From an uncultured Acidobacteriota bacterium (lineage in GTDB: Bacteria > Acidobacteriota > UBA6911), in assembly GCA_963809485.1 (NCBI GenBank), contig CAWEJX010000006.1, positions 224,001-288,000 of the forward strand: 64,000 nt of DNA. Reading direction: 5' to 3'. The notes under the pieces are model-generated. The model saw only the letters and a list, made by a program, of their open reading frames with translations. It was not told the DNA's origin and made no database searches. Made by a program: the position numbers and the translations under genes. Positions 57,704-64,000 of the stretch are shown here, piece by piece. Position 1 is the stretch's first letter. Each line of letters starts with the position of its first letter.

Positions 57704-59798
57704 CCTGGATTTCCACGGACAACTATTCGCCTAAGTGCCGGGCTGATTTGCAGGTCCACTATAGGTGGTCAGACGTAATGACCGTCCTCTCCACCAAGGC
57801 ACTGCGACCGGCTGCTCCATGATGCCTGACGCGAGGATGATTGGCAGGTGTGTACGACGGTGAAAGCTGACGGTGACTTCTTTTTCGGTCACGATGACGT
57901 CCGCCGGCATATCGATTAAATCTCGAAAGATCTGCCGAGCCTGCGCATCAGCATAGCCCCGCATTCTTTCTGCGAGCAGGCGATACAAGCCGCTGGCGAT
58001 AACCAGCAGCGTCATGTCGAAATCCACCTTCAGACCCTCTTCCGACGAAAGGGCGTCGATATGGAAGAACCTCACCGCGTCGGAGAGTGCATTTTCAATC
58101 AGCATTCGTTGGGCATAGCGCGTCAATAATGCCTTGCTTGTTGCGCTCTGTTGGTTCGTCAGCAGAATGGTCGGTTCATCGTGGCCGAGATCCAGAACAT
58201 ACAGCTGTCGAAAGGTGCGGCCACGCAATGCAACCTTCTGCTCGTAGACGCGCGGGGTACGGTACTTGCGTGTGGGCACGTCCAACTCAATCCTGCGCCA
58301 AGCCGATCGCGGCAGCAGAACAATCTCCTTCAGTAGTTTCGGGTCTCGCCGTCTCAGGGTGATGAAGGGTATGTGCATTTTATCCAGGCGGGCCAAACCA
58401 TCGTAGGTGGTCAGCTTGGAATCGAAAACGAGGTGGCTCGGAGCCTTGCCGTGTGTGCGTTTCCAGAAGGCAACAAACTGGAAAATCTCTTCGGCCTCTT
58501 CGCCCTTGCGTAAGTCGGCGTTGGAATAACAGAAGGCGTGAGTGCCGGCATCCTGCGCCAGAAAAACGAGGATGCTCGGCTGGCTCCGGCTGCGTGCCGA
58601 GACGAAATGCTTTTCTACCTTGGGATGTTCTCCATAATAAGGAACCGAGTGAAAATCAAGATTGAAGGATTCTCCGGGAAACAGCTCCGTTCCGCTCACC
58701 AGTTCGTGCCAATCCGCGAGCATCTTCAATGTCTTGCCGTGGTGGATCCTGCAGGAGTATTCGGAAAGGTAACTCTTCTTCGGGAAAGCGTTCAGACCCG
58801 CGAACAGAGCCAGACCCTCATCCGCCACTATAGACATGACATGACTTTTACGTTCAATCGACCAGAGCTTCAAGGCGAGACAGCATCGCAGAGCATGCCC
58901 GGCGGGGATCATTTTCGACCCCGGCAAAGCGGCACTATTAACCAATTTCTCCGCCTGCAGCCGCACCAGGTCGGGAACGAAAAGGAATAACCCGCCGCAT
59001 TGTGTTGTGAACTTTCGCGGCTCCATTGAAAAGTTGCGCACATCAGCCACGGGCTCGATGGTGGGGCGCGGGTAATCCGGCCTCTCTTCATCAAGCCGCC
59101 GGGGTAGTGAAGCAAAGCCTTCCACCTTAAGGACTTCACGCACTGCAGTCGGGCTCAGGGGGCAGTCGCGCTCTTTGAGCGTATGGCTGATCTCATAGAC
59201 CGAGTAATTCTGTTTCCGAAGCTGAACGATCAGGTCTCGAGCCGCCGATTTTTGGGGTTGGGATCGAGGTCCGCGACGCGGGGAACAGAAAAAGACCGGA
59301 TCGGGATCTCGGCGGAAGTGATGACACAGGACATGGAAAGATCCAACGGAGTAACCGAAGGCGCGTGCGATCTCTTTGGCTGGCCTGTTTTCGATGAAGT
59401 AAGCGCGAAGAGCCTCATACTGACGCTGCCTGGGATGGGTGGGCTCGAGGAAAAAGCGGCGAACAATGCTTAGGTCCTTTGGTGCTCCTATCATGATGAT
59501 ACATATTATTATCTACTATATATTGTGTCAAGAACAAAATAAGGCACAAGGCCTCGAGCCTGACAGAAACATCGATATTATTGGGATTTGCGGTCGCATC
59601 GTTGTCGGTCCAGCCTGGGATATTAAATACAGTGGACTGCAGTAATATAACTAAATGACTATATCAGGAGCACCATTAGTTTAAGAACTTGGGTTAACAG
59701 AAACAATCCCGTGCACGTTTTTTCGGCCTATTCAGCCATGGCGGCTCAGGAAAAGAGGGAGGTTCACTTAGGCGAATAGTTGTCCGTGGAAATCCAGG
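57704..59798 (-). mobile_element. Complete IS with perfect TIRs and CTAG flanks (DDE, IS1380/IS4-clan-like; family uncertain)
   Basis: 57699-57737 is the exact reverse complement of 59765-59803; CTAG at 57700-57703 and 59799-59802. Confidence 0.92.
57731..59494 (-). CDS. DDE transposase with N-terminal HTH domains
   Basis: LDFHSVPYYG, VFDSK, YAQRMLIEN; stop codon lies inside the TIR. Confidence 0.85.
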   Translation of the reverse strand: MIGAPKDLSIVRRFFLEPTHPRQRQYEALRAYFIENRPAKEIARAFGYSVGSFHVLCHHFRRDPDPVFFCSPRRGPRSQPQKSAARDLIVQLRKQNYSVYEISHTLKERDCPLSPTAVREVLKVEGFASLPRRLDEERPDYPRPTIEPVADVRNFSMEPRKFTTQCGGLFLFVPDLVRLQAEKLVNSAALPGSKMIPAGHALRCCLALKLWSIERKSHVMSIVADEGLALFAGLNAFPKKSYLSEYSCRIHHGKTLKMLADWHELVSGTELFPGESFNLDFHSVPYYGEHPKVEKHFVSARSRSQPSILVFLAQDAGTHAFCYSNADLRKGEEAEEIFQFVAFWKRTHGKAPSHLVFDSKLTTYDGLARLDKMHIPFITLRRRDPKLLKEIVLLPRSAWRRIELDVPTRKYRTPRVYEQKVALRGRTFRQLYVLDLGHDEPTILLTNQQSATSKALLTRYAQRMLIENALSDAVRFFHIDALSSEEGLKVDFDMTLLVIASGLYRLLAERMRGYADAQARQIFRDLIDMPADVIVTEKEVTVSFHRRTHLPIILASGIMEQPVAVPWWRGRSLRLTTYSGPANQPGT

Positions 59799-59924
59799 CT
59801 AGGCTTCAATCGCCATCAAATCTCCAAAATCAGCTTTTTCACCAGAACTCAAAAAGGCGATCCAGTTTCTTGATATTGCAGGCATCAAAACACCCCCGCT
59901 GAGCCGGCTTTAGGCACCCAAACT

Positions 59925-60768
59925 ATGTCAAGAATCAGGATAGCGAACCCCCAGCCGGGCACCGCAAAATATACGACCGCCAGCCGGGCCGAAAGATACG
60001 TGCGCCGCAAGGAAGCTTTGATCATCGGCGGCGAACTGCATTTTCTCTCGCCCACGGAGCAGAGGCGGTTGCGGACGCTCAACCATGCAATCCAGTCCGA
60101 ACGCCGGGCCGGCGACGTCTGCGTCGACAGGCGCGCCGACGAGGAAGGGGCGATCTGGTGGAACGGCTCCGACACGCGCAGGACGGCCATGCACAGGCCC
60201 GGGGAGAACGTGCAGTTCGCGAATTCCTATGTCGCGGCGATTAGGGCGGGCTGCGGGGGCTCCTCGCTGGTCTACAGCATGGCCGGCTACCGGGAGCTGC
60301 TGGCGGTCGAGTGGGACGACCACGCCGTCGCGACGTTCAGGCTCAACTTCCCGGACGTCCCGGTGTGGCACGGCGACATCGCCGACCTGTCGGTGGAGAA
60401 GTGCCTGGAGCTGGCCAGGCTGCGGCCTGAAGAGTTGGACGTTCTGGACGGCTCGCCTCCCTGCCAGGGGTTCTCGACCGCGGGCAAGCGAAAGATGGAG
60501 GACGGCCGGAACCAGCTGTTCCGCGAATACGTCCGGCTGCTGCGGGGACTGAGGCCGAAGCTCCTCGTCATGGAGAACATCAGCGGAATGGCAATGGGGA
60601 AGATGAAGCTGATCTTCGCCGAAATATTGCGGGAACTGAAGGCGTCCGGATACCACGTGTCGGCCAGGTTGATGAACGCGATGTATTACGGCGTCCCGCA
60701 GTCGCGGCAAGACGATGATCTTCGTCGGCGTGAGGGAAGACCTGTGGCATTGCATTCAAAGCCGGTGA
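59925..60768 (+). pseudogene. Hypothetical N-terminus fused to C5 DNA methyltransferase catalytic half (motifs I-VIII)
   Basis: RAGCGGSS (degenerate motif I), AVEWD, GDI, GSPPCQGFS, MENISG, YGVPQSR; 1-nt shift at ~60710 then MIFVGVREDLWHCIQSR*. Confidence 0.85.
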
Positions 60769-60910
60769 CATTGCCGGCGGCCGCTGGCGCACTTCTTCGA
60801 GGCCGGCGGGAAGCGTCGGTTGTTGAGCTACCGGAAAGGGCGAGGGTAGGATCGTCCAAGGCTCAAAAACCAGGCGTACCATGCAATGGCTTCATACTAT
60901 CCGGGGGCAC

Positions 60911-61641
60911 TCACTTTCGGCTCAATTTCTCCGCCAAGGCCATCAGCAGCGCCGCTCCGTCGCCCCGCCACGCGCTGCCGTGCATGCAGGCAAGCATCGC
61001 CGGCCGCTCGCGTGCGAGCCGCTCCAGGATCTCCGTGGTATTCGGAGCATGCGCATAGTAATCCATCGGCGCGCGGAACTTCTCGCTGGATCCGAGGATA
61101 TCGGTTTCAACTACCGGCGTTTTCCCCGACCCGCCCTGCGTAAACAAATCACCGCAGAGGAATGTCCGAGTGGACTCTTCCATCATTATCCCGCAGTCCC
61201 AGGCGTGCGGCATGTGCGGAGTGTCGAACCAGCGGATCGTGTGCTTCCCCAATGTGAGGACCTCCCCGTCGGCCATGGCGCGAGGGGCACGATCCGCGAT
61301 GTCCCCGATCGATACCATCGCCCCAATCCTGCCACAGAGCGGCTCGCCTCCGCTGCAGCGGCAAGCCATTCGTTGAGCGCACCGCACTCGTCCGCCTCAA
61401 AGTGCGAGACAGTGACGTATCGAAGGCGTTCAATCGGCATCACCTGCGCGACCGCCTCGCTCACGAGCGGAAACAGCCGCCGCAACCCTGTATGAAACAG
61501 CAGCGGCGCGTCGTCCACGATCAGGTATTGATTGAAATTGAACTTGCCGGCCCCCCCCGGCATCTCGACGGGCGTGTTGATCCGGTAGATGCCGTCGACG
61601 ATCTCATGAATGTTTGTGCCCGATTGCGCATTGGTGATCAT
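60911..61641 (-). pseudogene. Metallo-beta-lactamase-fold (FprA/ODP-like) protein, frameshifted near 61345
   Basis: RBS AGGAGG; FNQYLI, FHTG, SHFEADECGA; other frame TPHMPHAWD, CGDLF, ACMHG. Confidence 0.85.
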
Positions 61642-61689
61642 CGTTCCCTCCTCCTTTGATAGGGTCAAGTATAACAGGCCGGCATATCG

Positions 61690-61796
61690 GCTGGCTGATG
61701 AACGCGATGTGGTACGGCGTCCCGCAGTCGCGGCAGCAGATGATCTTCGTCGGGGTGAGGGATGACCTATGGAACTGCATCCTGACCCGGCAATGA
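61690..61796 (+). pseudogene. Second copy of the methyltransferase motif VIII 3' end
   Basis: LMNAMWYGVPQSRQQMIFVGVRDDLWNCILTRQ*; imperfect direct repeat of 60665-60760. Confidence 0.85.
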
Positions 61797-62221
61797 GGCC
61801 GATATCCTGCGGCGCGTCCCTGGGCGGCTGCGTGACGCCCGACGCCGAGATCTCGGCCCTGCTGGATGCGGGGCGGCGGTACCGGTCGTTCAAATACTGG
61901 GACCACGTGCGGGTGGGATCGTCCGAGAGCCGCATCACCGGCCAGGGATTCAACGCCGTCAAGTTCGATCCCGGCAAGCCGGCACGAACGATCAGGCGCA
62001 ACGACGGAAACCTCGGCAGGCACGGCGCCATATACTGGGCCGAGCGACGGAGGTTCTCCATCCCTGAGTTCAAGCGGTTCGGGTCCTTCCCTGATGGGTT
62101 TGTGTTTGCCGGAGAATTCGAAGAAGGGATAAAACAGATCGGGAACTGCGTGCCGCCGCCGTTCATGAGAGCCATTGCCCGAAAAATAAAAGAGACAGTA
62201 TTGGCAGGTACTGCGGTATGA
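61769..62221 (+). CDS. C5 methyltransferase C-terminal module 1 (TRD plus motifs IX-X)
   Basis: KPARTI, RRFSIPEFKRFGSFPDGF, QIGNCVPP. Confidence 0.8.
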   Translation: MELHPDPAMRPISCGASLGGCVTPDAEISALLDAGRRYRSFKYWDHVRVGSSESRITGQGFNAVKFDPGKPARTIRRNDGNLGRHGAIYWAERRRFSIPEFKRFGSFPDGFVFAGEFEEGIKQIGNCVPPPFMRAIARKIKETVLAGTAV

Positions 62222-62820
62222 ACCTCCACCCGGAGCCTCTCTATGAGCCAATCCCTGTGAAAGCTCTGATCCCGAAGTCCCTCGGCACCAGGTCGCAGCG
62301 GATCAATCCCTGGATTCCGGCAGACGAGCCGGCAGCCACGATCTGCAGGACCGCTGCGGGCTACGAGCTCAAGGAAGCGCAGATAAAACCGACATGCCAG
62401 TCTTACCGGGTTCTTACCGGCCAGGAGGCCAAACGACATTTCGGGCTGGTGCGGCTGGATCCCGAGAAGCCATCCCCGACGGTTCAGAAGTCTTCGCCCC
62501 AGAGCAGCACAACAGGCTTGGTTCACCCCTATGAAGTCAGACATTTGACGATCAGCGAAATGAAGCTGATGTCTTCCTTTCCGGAATCATTCAGACTGGA
62601 AGGCAGTTTCGTAGAAAAGTGGGCCCGGATCGGAAATAGCGTGCCGCCGCTATTGATGCATGCAATTGCTCAACACCTACATACATACCTTATTAAGGGA
62701 TGCGCAGCTCAATTGTGGACTTTCTCTGTGCCTCAGCGATTAGCGCCAACTGTTCCTTGTTATCCCTGGCGGAAATTATTGCCCGCAATATCGCGGCGCC
62801 TTTCTTGGTTGGCGATATAG
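62218..62820 (+). CDS. C5 methyltransferase C-terminal module 2 (TRD plus motifs IX-X)
   Basis: ATGA overlap with module 1; EPAATI, KPSPTV, RHLTISEMKLMSSFPESF, RIGNSVPP; 3' end runs into the convergent gene. Confidence 0.8.
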   Translation: MNLHPEPLYEPIPVKALIPKSLGTRSQRINPWIPADEPAATICRTAAGYELKEAQIKPTCQSYRVLTGQEAKRHFGLVRLDPEKPSPTVQKSSPQSSTTGLVHPYEVRHLTISEMKLMSSFPESFRLEGSFVEKWARIGNSVPPLLMHAIAQHLHTYLIKGCAAQLWTFSVPQRLAPTVPCYPWRKLLPAISRRLSWLAI

Positions 62821-63244
62821 CCAGACGCTCATTTGTGCGGGGTTGATAGCTCGTGCCCTTTTTAATAAGGACCAGGTCAAATTCGCGCGCTGGAATTGTG
62901 CTGTCATTCTCCACAAAAAAATTTTCTGTATGCCATCCATACAACGAAACAGACCAATAGTTCCCCGTAGCAGGGACCACACAATGAAGGCGAACGGGCC
63001 CTTTGGTCAAATCATAAAAAGCCATGGAATAGATGATGTCAGGGCTACCACCACCGGAAAAAGTATCGGCATCAAGAAGTGAGCCGTGGACGAATTCGTT
63101 CCAACTCACATTTGCGCTTTTCTGGACTCTCCTTGCCGCAATGCTACTTATCAATTCCGGTGAAAATCGTGTCGCTGCAAGGTGCAGTATAGCGGCCAGC
63201 ACAATCGAGGGGATGGCCCATCTGGTTAAGAATCTCATCGACAT
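62693..63244 (-). CDS. DUF1254-domain protein
   Basis: SPDIIYSMAFYDLTKGPV, YWSVSLY, ENFFVEND; paired with DUF1214 gene. Confidence 0.8.
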   Translation of the reverse strand: MSMRFLTRWAIPSIVLAAILHLAATRFSPELISSIAARRVQKSANVSWNEFVHGSLLDADTFSGGGSPDIIYSMAFYDLTKGPVRLHCVVPATGNYWSVSLYGWHTENFFVENDSTIPAREFDLVLIKKGTSYQPRTNERLAISPTKKGAAILRAIISARDNKEQLALIAEAQRKSTIELRIP

Positions 63245-63834
63245 CCCTCCAGGACAATCCTCGGCAGGCTTGCCGCGGCGGGATCAGCGAGAAGCGTTTG
63301 CGAGGGATTGTAGCAGCGCAGAACGAGAGTCAGTTCTCCATCTTTTTGCGAAAGCGGCAACCAGTTAATAGGCTGCTCAAAGCGAGACAGGCGAAGTGTC
63401 CAGGTATTGTCAGGATTCCTAACTGCCGTTGTTTTGGAAAACGAATAGCGTTTGCCGGGATTGGCAATGAAACGTCCCTGGGATTCATAGGGGGTTATGC
63501 TCCACCACCGGGAATCCGTATCGCTCCCCTCAATGTGATAGTTACAGGCATGAGAGAGAGGCTTGCCGCCAGAGTCTTTGTGAGCGACAAAATAGATGGT
63601 TTCCGAGGCGCGCAATCCCCAAAGGCCAGACACAGCCATGCGAGCGCGAGCATACATACCACCGGCTTGACTCCCCCCGCCCAGGTATGTTTGCCATGGT
63701 CCATTAGTAATGACGTCTCCTGGTGCGCGCAATGCATACCACGTAGCAAGAGCAGCCAGAACAACGCTGACAAGGAGGCAGAGTAAAACCTTGCCGATCG
63801 CCTTAATATGAAGCACCATATGCGTCCGCTCCAT
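63235..63834 (-). CDS. DUF1214-domain protein
   Basis: NGPW, YARARMA, ETIYF, DSGGKPL..CNY, WWSITPY, NWLP, LVLRCYNP. Confidence 0.85.
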   Translation of the reverse strand: MERTHMVLHIKAIGKVLLCLLVSVVLAALATWYALRAPGDVITNGPWQTYLGGGSQAGGMYARARMAVSGLWGLRASETIYFVAHKDSGGKPLSHACNYHIEGSDTDSRWWSITPYESQGRFIANPGKRYSFSKTTAVRNPDNTWTLRLSRFEQPINWLPLSQKDGELTLVLRCYNPSQTLLADPAAASLPRIVLEGCR

Positions 63835-64000
63835 TAAGGGAAGCAGCCAATGAATTTATGCTTTTCTAATTCCTCATCTCAAACAATTGTAGACTGGAAA
63901 TGTATTTACTGCAATTAAAGAGGAAGCCACCTGTCCAGAAGACACACGCATGGCCTGTAGCGTGTGTCTCCCGGATCGGGAAGAGAAGGAAGGATGTTTT

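Noticed and set aside
59925-62820. Complete restriction-modification system or prophage
   Set aside because: No endonuclease, structural or replication genes visible nearby

Overview
Bacterial chromosome segment, probably from an Acidobacteriota-like diderm (inferred from the Ser/Thr kinase-PD40 genes, DUF5916 gene and gene order). An intact core (about 13.3-44.3 kb) holds a Tat-exported VOC protein and three-subunit molybdoenzyme, a CoA transferase, gltBD, yjbQ, surA-like PPIase, mfd, rfaE2, cdaR-cdaA-folP-ftsH-tilS, hemB-hemL, a CNNM protein and carD. It is bracketed by two decaying accessory regions. The left region (1-13 kb) has an Rhs toxin with a peptidoglycan-amidase tip plus secreted immunity gene, an orphan Rhs-CT stub, a RAYT/Y1 transposase with stuttered GGACACCCA repeats, a solo IS end, a broken chromate cluster, an IS91/ISCR remnant and a kaiC stub. 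The right region (44.3-64 kb) has a complete ISAs1 element with a DUF4338-fused, +1-split transposase and 10-bp TSD, tRNA-Leu(CAA) followed by two tandem integrase-less mini-islands sharing ~290-bp att arms, kinase pseudogenes, a complete DDE IS, and a C5 DNA methyltransferase locus apparently built as a catalytic half plus two separate C-terminal specificity modules. All family calls come from motif recognition by eye; no database searches were run, and single-base lesions could be assembly errors.
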